From Selaginella moellendorffii (Eukaryota > Plantae > Lycopodiophyta), in the NCBI RefSeq assembly GCF_000143415.4, contig NW_003314329.1, positions 329,421 through 393,420 of the forward strand: 64,000 nt of DNA, given 5' to 3'. The notes beneath the pieces are model-generated. The model had not been told where the DNA came from and did no database searches. It saw nothing but the letters and a program-made list of their open reading frames with translations. Made by a program: the position numbers and the translations under genes. This document shows, in pieces, positions 45,391-58,221 of the stretch. The stretch's first letter is position 1, and each line of letters starts with the position of its first letter.

Positions 45391-47265
45391 CTAGCAGTGC
45401 CATGCCGAGACGGTGACGATGGAGGTGCCAAGCCAGCCGAGAGACAAGCTCCCAGGCCCTTGGAGCAGCGTGAAATTCTCACTCTTGTTGTAGAGCCAGA
45501 GGAGCAATCGCGCCTGGCTCACCGTGTAGTGGCTCAGCGCCGCGCTCCACAGCCCCGCGCCATCGATGCATCGCTGCCACTCGCGCTGCTTCTCCGGGCA
45601 CTCGCAATTCGTTCCCTCCACCAGGCTCTTGGTGATCTCTCTGCCGAAGAAGAGCCTCTCGGCGGTGATGCGCTGTGCATCATCGCCCGGCAGCGCCACG
45701 TCCAGCGATTCGAAGACCGAGGAGTAGAATCGCGCGTTGCTGGCCAGCTGATCGCGCAGGCTAGCGCCGTTGTTGGCCTCGTACTCGGCCACCGTGACGA
45801 TCCTAGGGTTTAATCGCTGGACGAGGGAGAAGGCGCGCTTGAGCGCCGGGGCGGGGAGCTGCGCGAGCTGGAGCACGAAGTTCACGGCCACGACCTCGTC
45901 GGGATCGGTGCGCAGGGATTGCGAGGGCTGGAAGTCGCGGATGGGCTCCAGGATGGGGCAGAACTGGAAATCCACGCCCAGGAGCTTGGCGAAATCGGTG
46001 AGGCGGCGCTGCGTGGCGAGCATCGCCGGGGCGGGGTTGGATCCGAGGTGGGGGCTGGGAATCCCGGTGATTCGCAGCGACCGGGGGCTAGGGTTCTTGG
46101 CCGGCCATGTCGCGAATGCCTGGAGGAATGCCGCCCACTGGACGCCTTGCATGGTGCCGTAGTCGACAATGTGGATCTTGGGAGCTCCATCGGTGGCCTC
46201 GAGCAGCGCCTGGTTGGCGGTGAGATGCGCGAACTTGAGATAGGGGCAGGCATCGGTCAGGGTCTTGTACGCCATGGCTATGGCTTCGGCCTTGTTGGGC
46301 GAGGAGGAGGGCGATTCTTCTTCTTCGTCGTCGTCGCCATCGCTGTGATCATTGCCACCTCTTCTGTGGAGCCGAGCTTCCAGTCCAGAGGAGAAGTACC
46401 ACGCACACTTCTCCACAGCGTTCCCGGATGAGCTCGCCATGGCCTTGAGAGTGGCGAGCTTGTCCATCGCCGAGGATGCTTGGCCGCTCTCCATGTCGTC
46501 CAGGCACGACACCAGCAGCTGGACGAGCTGCTCCAAGGCTCCTCCTCGATCTTGCTGCTGCTCCTGGTGGTGCTGGCTACGAAGATTGACAGTGGTAGTA
46601 CTTACGTGTTGTGGATTCGCGGCGAGGTGTTCGTCTCCTCCGGTGGTGGTGGTCGTGGTCGTGGTGGCGGGGCCGGTGGTAAAGCTGCTGATATCCCACT
46701 GCTGTTGATCGCTGGAGCAGCAGCTACTCGACATGAGATTTAGGCCGAAGTGCTCCCTCCAGATGTCGTCCGGGCTGAAGAGCTCGGAGCTGTGCGAGGA
46801 TTCCGAGGGGTGGTGCTCGGCTACAGCTGCCGCTCCATCGCTGATGCAACTGCTCATCATCAGGTACTCCATCCAATCGTCTGGCTGTTGCTCTTGCTGC
46901 TGCGGCTTTGGGTGATTCTTCTGATGATCTTCCTGGTGTGGTGGCGTCGCAGGGGGCGTGAATCCATCCAAGTAGGCCGTGACATCCTCTTCCACGACGC
47001 TGCCACACTGGGTGAGCTGAATTGGTGTTTGCTCGCATCCTTGCTGCTGCTGCTGATTGATCATGTTCCAGCAGCTCATGAGATTCATGCTGGGCTGCTG
47101 TTGCTGGTGGAGCGGTAGCGATGGCAGCAGCAGCAGATCATCACTCTCCTGGTGGTGCTGGATGGACTGGTGCTGGAAGAACTGCTGGGCGATCATCATG
47201 AGGGAAGCCGAGGAGACGCCATCTGCGGACGAAGTCGGGCTCAAGAGTGCCGTAGCAGTATCCAT
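45391..47265 (-). CDS. GRAS transcription factor, SCL4/7 subfamily (single exon)
   Basis: YKTLTDACPYLKFAHLTANQALLEAT..IHIVDYG..QGVQWAAFLQAFAT..LRITGIP; LSHYTVSQARLLLW.Y; TVSAW. Gln-rich N-terminus. Confidence 0.9.
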   Translation of the reverse strand: MDTATALLSPTSSADGVSSASLMMIAQQFFQHQSIQHHQESDDLLLLPSLPLHQQQQPSMNLMSCWNMINQQQQQGCEQTPIQLTQCGSVVEEDVTAYLDGFTPPATPPHQEDHQKNHPKPQQQEQQPDDWMEYLMMSSCISDGAAAVAEHHPSESSHSSELFSPDDIWREHFGLNLMSSSCCSSDQQQWDISSFTTGPATTTTTTTTGGDEHLAANPQHVSTTTVNLRSQHHQEQQQDRGGALEQLVQLLVSCLDDMESGQASSAMDKLATLKAMASSSGNAVEKCAWYFSSGLEARLHRRGGNDHSDGDDDEEEESPSSSPNKAEAIAMAYKTLTDACPYLKFAHLTANQALLEATDGAPKIHIVDYGTMQGVQWAAFLQAFATWPAKNPSPRSLRITGIPSPHLGSNPAPAMLATQRRLTDFAKLLGVDFQFCPILEPIRDFQPSQSLRTDPDEVVAVNFVLQLAQLPAPALKRAFSLVQRLNPRIVTVAEYEANNGASLRDQLASNARFYSSVFESLDVALPGDDAQRITAERLFFGREITKSLVEGTNCECPEKQREWQRCIDGAGLWSAALSHYTVSQARLLLWLYNKSENFTLLQGPGSLSLGWLGTSIVTVSAWHC

Positions 47266-47485
47266 GGATTGTTCTACTTCCAGAGGCTGACCGGATCGAG
47301 CCAAGCGATCGATCCAACATGAGAGATCGCCAACGACGAGCTACTCCTACAGGGTAAGCTCAAGTACACACTCTGTAAGCCTCTCTTTTTCCTTTTCTTC
47401 TTTTCTTCTTTCTGGTATAGCCTACTGGTAGTGTGTCCCAGCGCTCATAAGCTTGTCCGGAAGATCCATAAATGTGTTGTTTAGA

Positions 47486-47510
47486 GCTCTCTCTCTCTCT
47501 CTCTCTCTCT
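47486..47510. repeat. (CT)n microsatellite upstream of the SCL4/7-like gene
   Basis: Perfect CT run about 220 bp upstream of the ATG. Confidence 0.9.
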
Positions 47511-48069
47511 TTCGCTAATCTAAACTATGGAGATTATGCAGTGGAGGTACCTTGGAATGGATGGATTGGATCAAACTTGTGTCGTGAACAAGACTGATTG
47601 CGAGATTCATTCATTTTCCATGTCGCAATTCAAAGGAAAGCGACCAGTGAAGTAAAGCAAAGCGATCACCTCCTATTTCTTAAAGTCGCGTCTAGTAGCG
47701 TAAAGCTCTCGCCCACCTTGAGGGGGGTCCCATTGCGCTTAGCTTTAGAGGATTTTACTTGTAAGAAATTGGCTATGGTGGCTTAGCTTGTCTTGGCTGG
47801 TATGGTCCGAGTGTAAAAAATAAAGTTTTTTAGGAGGAAAAATCAATCGAGGCCACCACCGACCACGTGAATCCGTACAAGGGTGGCCCAACGGTCACAT
47901 TTTCGTACGCTGTCAATATAACGGCTCTCTATTTACTGTTACAAAACGGCTAAAACGAAAGTTGGATTAGTGCTAATGGAAAAGGTTATTGGTAATGGGA
48001 ATTTGCGAGGGAAATCTGGATTTAAAACGAATGTACCAAAAAGCCCTTGGACGTGGAGGGCATATAGCG

Positions 48070-49676
48070 ATGGCGTCGCTGTGCGCTAGTTCAGGTTTGG
48101 GGCAGCCATGGCCAGGTAAGTCACAGGTCTAGAAATTTTGGCGCTGGATCGTGATTCGTAACAGTCATGGATGCAGTGCGTCGTGGTTTGTGCAGCATTG
48201 GAATGCAAGGGTTTTGCCACTTCCAAGCGAAGGATTGGATCGTCGAGGAGGGGTTTTGTGGTGAATTGCGCGCTTGCTTTGGACAAGAAAAGGTAGCGTC
48301 TTCTTCTTTTTCTTCCTGTGTGTGATCGTTCATGACCCAAGCATGAATTTCTAGCTATGGCGCCATGGCTGTGCAAGGCACAGGGCGAGCCAATATGGAA
48401 GATACTGTCAGCGTTTCAATCGATTCTACGGGATCACAGCCTTCTTTTTTTGGTGTTTTTGACGGGCATGGAGGAATTGCAGTGGCAGAGTAAGCAAAGC
48501 TCGATGGATTCTCTCGTTGGAATCTAATATTTTTCTGTGGCTCCACACAGGTTGCTAAAGACGAGACTATGGCCCGAGTACAAGAAAAAGCTCTCTCAAG
48601 GTACACTTGTATAAGCTAAAGTTTAAAGCGAAGCTGTATGCCACTGTCTTTTAGGAGGTGGAAACTTCGCAAAGGCCACCAAAAGCGCCTACTTAGAAGT
48701 TGACGAGATGACGCTAGCTCAACCAAAAGGACTTTTCGGAGCACTGCAAGAGCGAGGCGTTGGTGGATCGCGCTGTGGAGCCACCGCTGCTACAGCAGTG
48801 TTGATGCCTCCCAAAGGTTTGAGAAGTTTTATCACTTGGATATCATCTCCAAAGGTTTTGAGTTTCGGTGGTCAGATGGCACGCGGGTCTTGGTTGCTGC
48901 AAATGTTGGAGATGCTCGAGTTGTGATCTCAAAAGGCGGTAAAGCTCTCCAGCTTACAGTCGATCACAAGGTTTTGTTCATTACTGCGAGACTAATGTTT
49001 TGCTTGCATGCTGATCGTTGCTCTCGTGCAGCCAGAAGTGGAATCGGAGAGAAAACGAATCGAGGCCAAGAATCCAACGCCAAAAAAGCCTCTGGTTGGC
49101 ACTAAATTTTCTTTCCTCAGATCCCAGAAACATTTTCTTTACTGACGTACAGGTTGTAAACGTGGGAGGGACATGGAGAATTGGTGGCTTGCTCTCGCTT
49201 TCTCGTGCATTTGGCGATGCTTTTTTAAAGGAGTGAGTGAGACACCTTGAGTTTTTTTTTATTCTTTCACGGCTTTGGTCTCTGATTAAACAGCTGGTCT
49301 GATGGGAAGCCTGATGGTGCTGGAGGTGGCTTTGGCTTGACTGCTGAACCAGATGTCACAATTCAAGAAATCTCTCCCGGTAGAACATACTAGAACTATT
49401 TGTAAACTTCTCATATTGCTTTGTGTTTCAAAACGCAGATGACAAGGTAGTCATTGTGGGAACCGATGGCTTGTGGGAAACAATGGCGATTCAAGACGCT
49501 GTCGACATTTGCTTGTCTGCCCAGTAAGCCCAGCTCTCTTTTCTTCTCACTTTTGATCCTAGTTATTCAACAGGGAAAATGATACCTCTCCTGGGGATGT
49601 CGCTAAGAAACTAGTAAAGATTTCGCAAGAGCGTGGATCAACCGACGACATTGCAGTGATTGTAATCTTCCCTTAA
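48070..49676 (+). CDS. Protein phosphatase 2C, probably plastid-targeted (multi-exon)
   Basis: GRANMED; FFGVFDGHGG; GATAAT; ANVGDARVV; LTVDHKP; LSLSRAFGD; GTDGLWE; STDDIAVIV. Confidence 0.9.
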
Positions 49677-49739
49677 ATACAAAACATAGTGATTCCTGAA
49701 CTCACGACATGCAACGGCACATTCTAATACAACGTCACC

Positions 49740-50607
49740 TCTTTTGACAAGGACATTGAGCAGCGCCCTCCCATGCAGAAAAACTATCTCAACATTTGGC
49801 ACGGCCGCAAGCTGCGCAAATTTTCTTGGTTTGCCACTGGTTTGCCACTCCGACCACCTTTCTGGCAACGGGCGGTGGTGTACAAGCGCAAAGCCAGCAT
49901 TGCGCTACAGAAGCTGCCGAAGCGCTCCAGTACCGTATTTTACTTAATTCACAGGCGTAAGTTGTGTACTCTTCTACTTACTCCTGCTTATGGTTTTGGT
50001 ACAAGTTACTCCATGATTAAAACGTTTTCTGGACACTGCGAGATAAGGCAGTTCGGGAAAAGGCTGGCGAAATAGTGCTGAAAGGAGAAGGCTGCTACAA
50101 CGACAAGCTCATGGCAGGCCTTGACCCCACTTACGTTCTCAATGCCGGCTGTGGTCGACTGATCGTGCCTGAGCCACCTCTGTGAGGACATCCTATTGCA
50201 AATAAGGGAGTGGTCCTTGGCGGGCTTAAAATTCGAGGAGCTATTACTCTCGAAACCTTTGCTTCGAGAAGCATCAAGCCACTGCTGCAGCTGAAGCCGA
50301 ATTCAGGTTTTACTACAAGCCTTTAGACCTTTGCTTTCCAGATGTAGATGGGCGACCTCGCCCATCTACAATATTCAGATCAGTTCATGAGCTTGCAATC
50401 TCTGAAGCGATGTTGAAGAGTACGCTCCACAGCCATCGACTGACTTCGTTTCGCAGTCGTCAACTCAATCGTCAACGGATGTCGAAGCAGTGTCCACAAA
50501 TCTGCACTTCAGATTCGTTGGCTGCTCTTAACGGCCTGGATTCACCAGTGCTGAGCACAAGTCCACACTCAAGATGCTGAGGAACGCTCTGCTTGTTGGA
50601 ACGCCTA
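49740..50607 (+). pseudogene. Deleted, inverted copy of the Crinkler-like locus at 52927-54780
   Basis: Collinear blocks are reverse complements of the downstream locus, e.g. CCCATGCAGAAAAACTATCTCAACATTTGG, CAGCTGAAGCCGAATTCAGG and CACTCAAGATGCTGA..CTTGTTGGAACGCCT. Confidence 0.85.
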
Positions 50608-51608
50608 TTCTACAAAGATATAAAGATTATATTTAATAAAACCATTAAAACAGGAACATATAAAATGTTTATATTTACCTTGAATAATGTTGATATTATT
50701 TTTCTAACAAAGATAATTGTGAAGGAAGGTGATGAGAATCAACGGCAACAATACCATTGCGAGTTATATTTGAATCTGACATATATGGGCACTCTAGTAT
50801 ATTTTTCTTCAACCAATGTATTAAATCTTCAATTTAATACATTTTCTAATATATTTTATTTCAAAGGTGATCAAATAAATGGCCTCAAACTATAGCAATT
50901 AATTTGTGATGACAATTTTGGGACAAGGTAAACTTTCTAATAAGGGATGTGTACCTGGTGTGGGTGGTTTGGCAAAGAATTATAAAATCATATAAAAATA
51001 TATGAAAAAAACACATATATCCATAAATTGCTGTAATAAACATATAAAATAATATTTTGAACATAACTTTTTTATGTATGGGCATGCATTGTGCCTACTA
51101 TATATACATTGAAAAGTCTAAATCAAAACCATAAATGTAATTTTTTTTCATTATGTAAATTTTAATTTCATATTAAATTTTTAGTAGAGTTTAGATTTAA
51201 AGTTTCTACACATAATATCTTTAAGTACAAGAGTTATATTTTAATTACTTTTTAGATGTTATAAGTTAATTTTGCTATTATTGAGGTTTCCTCTTTGGTG
51301 AGAGTAATGAAAGTGTTTTACACAACAAGAAAAATAAACCATTGCAATTCTAAAACTTCAACATATATTAAAAAGAAAAGAAATCAATGGAGGTAATGTT
51401 TTACTGTAGTTACAACAAAATCTATTTGCTCACGAAGTTTATAGATATTGAAGTTTGTCATTCTTGTATACAACTCAAAACAAAAGAAATATAAAAATCC
51501 ATATATGTGTAAATATATAATGCTTTTACATATAATCACATATTCAAAGACTTAAGTGCTGAAGATTTCCATAATATATAAATATTATATATAATTGTTC
51601 ATAGGAGC

Positions 51609-51712
<104 letters not shown>

Positions 51713-52707
51713 GTATATATAATATTTTCTTCATGAGGTATATATATTATATATATAGGGCATGACACCTTCGACTGCCATGTAATACTAATGCTATATC
51801 ATCCAAAACAATATGATATCACTAAAATTTTAGTAAAGGTTTTTTTTCTCATTTTTATGTTGTGGCAATTTTGATAAATTGGAGTGCAGAAGCAAATATT
51901 TCTTTGAGTAATAAACACTAAAGGTTTAATATTGCAATAGTTTATTATATTTAAGTTTCTTATACAAAGCACTTTTCATTACTCTTACCAAAGAAATAAC
52001 CTCAATAATGGCAAAATTAACCTATAGTATCTAAAAAAAAATTAAAATGTAACTTTTTGGCCAAAAGTTTTAAATTAAAACTTTATTGACGTGGAAAAAT
52101 CTAATATAGAGTTGAAATTTATTCAGTATAAGAAATTGCATATATGGTGCTAACCTGAACTTTGTGATATATATATAACACACACCAATGCATGCCCATA
52201 TATAAAAAGAAATGTTTAAAATACTATTTTGTGAATCACATATATGTGTTATAATAATTTAAGTACGTATGTATTTTTCTTTTTTATATATTTTACATGC
52301 TTTCATAATTTTTTGTTAAACTACCTCCCAAAATTACCATCATAAATTACCTACCATAGCCATAAGCCTAACCATAAACACTTCATTTCTATGGTTACTA
52401 TCATTTTTCCCTAAGTAATGTGTCTTGAGTGTGTGGCTTTATAAAGGACACACTTCCACAATATAAATGATGGTACATTAGCTTTACTAATGTGCAATGG
52501 TTTTTTTAAACAAACAGCTTATCCCTTTTTTGGAATACAAAGTGCATGGTGCAATGGTTTACCAACTACCAAATGTCGAAGCATGGCAGGATGATGAGAT
52601 TGAACACCCATGGCACATGGTGTGTGTTTGGACCACTACAACATAATAGTAACGTAATTTTTTTTAATTTTCAAGTATTTTATTCACACTGCTTTTAACA
52701 TCATAGA

Positions 52708-54578
52708 TCAACAATGCTTTATTCTTGTACTTCTTGCGACTTGGATCACTGATTCCAAAGTCTCGCTTAGCCATCTTCTCGAGCTCGGTTCTGGGTAGAC
52801 ATCGTCACTGACTTCAGTGTAGTTGCTCCTGTTTGGCCATGTCCTCCGTTGAGTAATCTCAACTAAAACCTTGTAATCGTCAGCATTCAGGCCCCCGTCC
52901 AAAGGTAGAATATGCATCAAGTAAGCAGGCGTTCCAACAAGCACAGCGTTGGTCAGCATCTTGAGTGTGGACTCGCGCTCGCCACTGGTGAATCCTGGCC
53001 TTGAAGAGCAGCCAACGAATGCGAAGTGCAGATTTATGGACGCTGCTTCAACATCCGTTGACGACTGTGAAACGGACTCGGACTCCGTCAATGGCCGTGA
53101 AACGTACTCTTCAACATCAGGAAACCAGCGCTTCAAAGGTTGCAAGCTCATGAACTGATCTGCAGAATGTAAATGCTCGTCTATGTTGACGGTACATTGT
53201 AGTGCCGCAATATGTAGTTCGCCCTTATCGTCCATCCAGATCACCACGTCATCTACGTCTGGAAAGCAAACGTCCAAAGGCTTGTAGTAAAACCCTGAAT
53301 TCGGCTTCAGCTGCAGCAGTGACTTGATGCTTCTCGAAGGGATGACAGCAAACGTTTCGAGAGTAATAGCTCCTCGAAGTTTAAGCCCGCCAAGGACCAC
53401 TCCCTTCTTCACAAGCACGCTGGCAAGGATGTCCTCACAGAGGCAACCCAGTCAACCACAGCCGGGTCTTCCAGCAGACGGCGTGCATATGCCATCCACG
53501 CGAGGTTGGCATGAGCCTTAGCAATCTGTTCTTTGGAGCGCACGGTCCTCATGTAGATCATCTTGATGTAAGTGGAGCAGTACTTTCCCATTTCAGCGTT
53601 GAGGACATAAGTGGGATCGAGGCGTGCCATAAGCTCGTCGGTGTAGCAGTCTTCTCCTTTCAGCACTATTTCGTCAGCCTTTTTCCGATTACACCTGTCC
53701 GCTCCCACACCTCGAGGTGCGGAACGTCCTTTGCTGCTCTTTCTCCAGCTCCAGCTCCTGGAAAAGTGGGACAAATCCAGTGTAAAAGTAGATGCTTGAA
53801 CGACGAGCAGGAATCTTCCCGAGTATGCACTTCTGGGCATACATGGAGTACTCATCCTGCATGTACAAAAACCATAAGCTGGAGTAAGTACTGTGAAGCC
53901 TCTATTCCCGTAAGTAAACTACGGCAGCTCAATGGTGGCTTTTCCGCTTGTACACACCACACCGCTCGCCCGTTGCCAAAACCCGCCGCAAATCACTACG
54001 CACTCCAGGAAGGTGGTCGGAGTTATACGCCGGCTTTCCAAGAAAATCTGCGGGGTCTAGCTTCTCGCCGCCGTCCACCAGGAAGTAAAACACCTCCGGC
54101 TTTGATGAAGGCGAAGGCCTTGATAGCACTCTCAATCTGTTGTCATCCGTCGGCACCTTCGACCTCGTCTACCAGACAGGAGAAGAGGAGCGCATTCTTG
54201 AGGGCTTCAACTAGATCCTGCACGAGCGTCTCCTCCCACAAAAACACCACCCTGCCCCGAGGACCCTCTGCAGCACTAGTGTTCAGTTTTTGGTACGTTA
54301 GGCACGCTAGCGCTCGGAAATCGGACGATTTCCCAAGACCCTTGGGGCCGTAGACCACGAGCTTGGAGAAGCCCAAGCACCACTGCAAGACCATCGTGTC
54401 GAGCGACTCCCGACGTACTCGAAAACCACGGGAGGCCGAATTGTACAAGGAGTGGATCCCAGACCCTCTTACTTGAATCGCCTAGATTGTTCTCGTCCAT
54501 TGCAAATATCCTCTTTACGGAATCTCTGTCCACATACCCCCGGTGCTGCTTGCCACTCATCACAGGAGCTCCAGGCAC
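52708..54578 (-). pseudogene. Crinkler-like (CR) P-loop NTPase + restriction-endonuclease-fold gene, disrupted
   Basis: Walker A LVVYGPKGLGKSS; Walker B-like FYFLVDG; C-terminal YYKP...FPDVDDVVI...ALQCTV (PD..QxT-type nuclease motif). Split over several frames with internal stops. Confidence 0.6.
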
Positions 54579-55049
54579 TTCTCATTTCCTATGTTGCCCA
54601 GAATATAAACTTTTGTATGGAGTTTAACGGTGGGGATGATCAAAGCTAAGTCTTGATGGACTCCAAACTTGGGAACACGAAGCTTCAGGACTCCGGCCGT
54701 CCCAAATGTTGAGATAGTTTTTCTGCATGGGAGAGCACTGCCCAATGTCCCAAAAGAGAAGAAAACATTTGACGACTCAAACATGACGTGAGCGACTCAT
54801 GGGCCATCATATGATAACAATGGGGTTTAATTTGAGAGTCCAGACAGGTTGAACACACCATATGAGCAGTATGCATACATGGTTTGATAAAATTGTGCTT
54901 TCAGAGCGACTCACATGACAGTAAGGATTTGTTTATTGATTGTCATCATATGATAACAATAGGGTTTAATTTGAGAGCCCAGCACCATATGAGCAGTATG
55001 CAAACGCCACGTGTGGTCGGTCCCGGGTCCTCAACACTTAGCGCACCGA

Positions 55050-57601
55050 CGAAATTCCATCGAGGGCGAGCACGAACAGGCCAAGCGGATGAAGCAGCTC
55101 ATGACGTCGCTCTCCATCAGCAGCAGGGACGCTCCAATGCTGCCCTTGCAGCCATTCATCTGCCCGATCACCCGCGACATGATGCGCAACCCCGTCCAGA
55201 TCGCGTCGGGGCCGAGCGCGAGGCGATCGAGCGATGGTTTGCGGAGGGCAACACTTGGTGCCCGGTGACAAGCGAGGAGCTCCCCACGACGCAGATGAAA
55301 TCCAACTTCGCGCTAAAGCAGTCCATTGCCGAGTGAAGGGAGAGGAACTACGATGCCCGGCTCCACTGTACCGCGCGGTGCCTTCGAGACCAAGTGTATT
55401 GTCCAGGCCATGCGGGACATCCGCATGGTGTATGAGGAGGAGCCACTCAACAAATACAAGGTTGGCACTGTTGCCAATGGTGAAGCAGCTGCACGACGTG
55501 CGGGATGCCGTGGCGGTACGCAAGGAGGCCCTGGGGGCTCTCACGGTGCTTGCTCGTGACACTTTTGAGAACCAGGTAAGTTATTTCTCAACTTTCACTT
55601 TCCTTGCTTGCGGATCGTGCTGCCTGTCTCTTACTTTTTTACGTTTGAGTTTTTGTCGCTTGTGATTGTGCATAAATTTTTTTGTTTTTTATGCTTTCTT
55701 TTGTTACAAATTCGATGAGCTATTGATGATTTTGCTTCTTTCAGGAATCAATGATGAAGGCTAGTAATTTGGGGCGAAGTCGTTGGTTCACCAAGCTAAA
55801 TCTTGGTTTTGGATACTGGCAAGTACGGCCGAAGAAGATATTCCTAAAACTGCTTTTCGTACATTATTTGGTTTGTATGAGTTCTTAGTGATGCCATTTG
55901 GTATAAAAAATGCTCCAGCAACTTTTTAACAGATGATGGATGAGGTTCTTTGTGATATGCCGGTGGTGACTGCTAACTTCATTAATGATGTTTTGATCCA
56001 CTCGAAGGGGACGTGGGAGGAGCATATTTGTGATGTTTGTAAAGTGTTGGATCGGCTACGCGACGTTGGTTTAAAACTGAAGCAGTCAAAGTGTGTGTTT
56101 GGGTCCAAGGATACAGCTTATCTTGGGTATCATATTTCTTGTGAGGGTTTGCAAGTTGATCTTGACAAACTTGTGGCTGTTTTAAAGTTCTCTACTCCGA
56201 AGTGTGTGAATGATGTGCAGCGCTTCTTGGGCAAGGTGCAGTATCTCAGTCATTTTATAGATCATCTTTCTGATCGCACTGCACCATTGCGAGTGTTGAT
56301 AGTTGAGCTGCTGGTCTTTAGCCTCACTCGGCAAAAAGAAGACTTGGGAGAAGCTGTGCTGGTGATGAAGGTCTTGTCTGAGAATCCCAGCACTGCATAA
56401 CTGATCAGGCATGCACAAGGTGCGGTCGTGTTTCTCGTAACTTTACTCGGCTGCGAGGACGAGGACGTTAATTCGAATGTCAAAGACATTCTGGAGAATG
56501 GCAGCGATGACAACGTTCTGATCATGACCGAGGCTAATCTCATGTGGCCTTTGGCAAACAGGCTTGTTGAAGGTAATCCATTTCATTCGATGTTCATTCA
56601 AAACGCTCTTTTTTTCTTTTTTTGCAGGCTCCATCGGATCGAGAATTGTCATGGCAAAGGCACTCGCTGCTATGCACTTGCCAGACTCGAGCAAAACATC
56701 ACTCGCAACGGAGGATGTGTTGGTGTCGCTACTGAGGATGATCGAAAGCCCATAGCGAGAAGAAAATGAAGCAGCTCTAGGTGCTCTCCAAAACCTCACA
56801 TCTGTGCCTGACATCACAGAGACGGTCCTCGATCTACACGGCTGAGCTCTGTCAAGACCGTCGAGGAGATCAAAGTTGGCGCTGCCAGGATACTGGCCGA
56901 TCTTTCCAAGATTGCTGGCGATGCCTGGAGTGGCGAAGACGAGGCAACAACGAACCAGCTCGAGGTCTACATCTACAAGTTCTTGCAGCTCATGGGCTCG
57001 CTCACGCCTGTCGGTGTCCAAAGTTACGTCTTGAGCACTTTCCTCGGCCTGGCCAACGGGAAGAACATCGGAGCCTTCACTAGAGCGAAGCTTTGCGAGC
57101 ACAAGGCGTTGCAAATACTTCTCCCTCTCCTCAAGAATCCGGCTTCGACTCCAAGCAGCGCGGCTCCGACGACTCCAGCTATGGTGGCAGACGTAAGGAG
57201 GCACGCGATGGAGCTGTTTTGCCTGCTGAGCAAGGAATCCAGCCAGGAAGCGTCCGTGGCGATGCGGGAGAGGCCCGAGATAATGGCTGATCTCGTGAAA
57301 AACCTGTGCGGAGAGAACGTCAATACTGGGGATCATCGCAGCATGGAGGATGGCGTCGTGAGGAGCGCTCTGGATCATCACCAGCAAGACGGAGGCAAGA
57401 GCTTACTTCACGTAGTGGCGGCACTGGTGGTGGAGGCCTCGCAGGAAGCTACGACGGTCGAGGTGGCGGTTGGGATCGTTTTAAAGTTCGCCAAGCTCGG
57501 GGTGGAGACCGATCTGGCGGAGAGCGATCTAAACCGCTATGGCCCGCCGCCAGCGTCCAAGGCGGCGGTGGAGGGAATGCCCACCTTCGATCACGGACGA
57601 G
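55050..57601 (+). pseudogene. U-box/ARM E3 ligase (PUB43/44, SAUL1-like) pseudogene
   Basis: PLQPFICPITRDMMRNPVQIASG; AIERWF.EGNTWCPVT..SNFALKQSIAE*RERN (Trp to stop). Frameshifts; ARM-like segments (DDNVLIMTEAN..PL..RL.EG); interrupted by retroelement DNA. Confidence 0.75.
55760..56296 (+). mobile_element. Ty3/Gypsy reverse transcriptase fragment inside the PUB pseudogene
   Basis: GYWQV; [26 protein letters not shown]; degenerate YxDD (FIND); LKLKQSKCVFG; VQRFLG. Confidence 0.88.
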
Positions 57602-58221
57602 TGTAAGCAACCAAAGAGAACGACTCGAGAGACGGTCCATAGGGTTCAAATATAGAGGGAAAGGGCCCATGAATAAGAGTGCACCCCCTTTTCCAATCGG
57701 TTAAGGGTCTTGGGATATTTGGGGTTAAGCGTCCTTGGGTTTGAATAGTACTGGGCTGGGTGACCTCCCGGGAAGTCCAAACTCAGGAGCTTACATTTGG
57801 TATCAGAGAGGTCTCGGGTCCGACTCTGTTGGTTGGCTAGGGGAATCCGACTCTGTTGGTTGGCTAGGGGAATCCCACCACATGTTGATTGACATCTGGC
57901 TGGTCCAGTTTGCTCCCGCTGGGCTCGACCCGAGGGGTAGGGTGTCAAGAGAGCGGGGCTCTCGGGAGAGCTGCGGCTCTTAGCTTCCGTTCACGAGGGC
58001 GTGAACTTGCAGGGAAGCGTGGTGGATTGTAAGCAACCAAAGAGAACGACTTGAGAGACGGTCCATAGGGTTCAAATATAGAGGGAAAGGGCCCATGAAT
58101 AAGAGTGCACCCCCTTTTCCAATCGGTTAAGGGTCTTGGGATATTTGGGGTTAAGCGTCCTTGGGTTTGAATAGTACTGGGCTGGGTGACCTCCCGGGAA
58201 GTCCAAACTCAGGAGCTTACA
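57602..58221 (+). mobile_element. Complete Cassandra-type TRIM (620 bp): two 194-bp LTRs with 5S domain, PBS, 232-bp internal region, PPT
   Basis: LTRs 57602-57795 and 58028-58221 differ at 1 position. TG...CA ends. PBS TGGTATCAGAG (tRNA-iMet type) at 57798-57808. Purine tract before the 3' LTR. TSD ACGAG/ATGAG. Confidence 0.95.
57723..57778 (+). promoter_or_regulatory. 5S rRNA-derived Pol III internal promoter (A box, IE, C box) within the LTR; also at 327-382 and 58149-58204
   Basis: GTTAAGCGTCCTTGGGTTTGAATAGTACTGGGCTGGGTGACCTCCCGGGAAGTCC aligns with plant 5S rRNA GTTAAGCGTGCTTGGGCGAGAGTAGTACTAGGATGGGTGACCTCCTGGGAAGTCC (recalled). Confidence 0.85.

Noticed and set aside
48070-49676. Specific assignment as PBCP or PPH1/TAP38
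   Set aside because: The PP2C family is clear, but orthology cannot be determined without a search.
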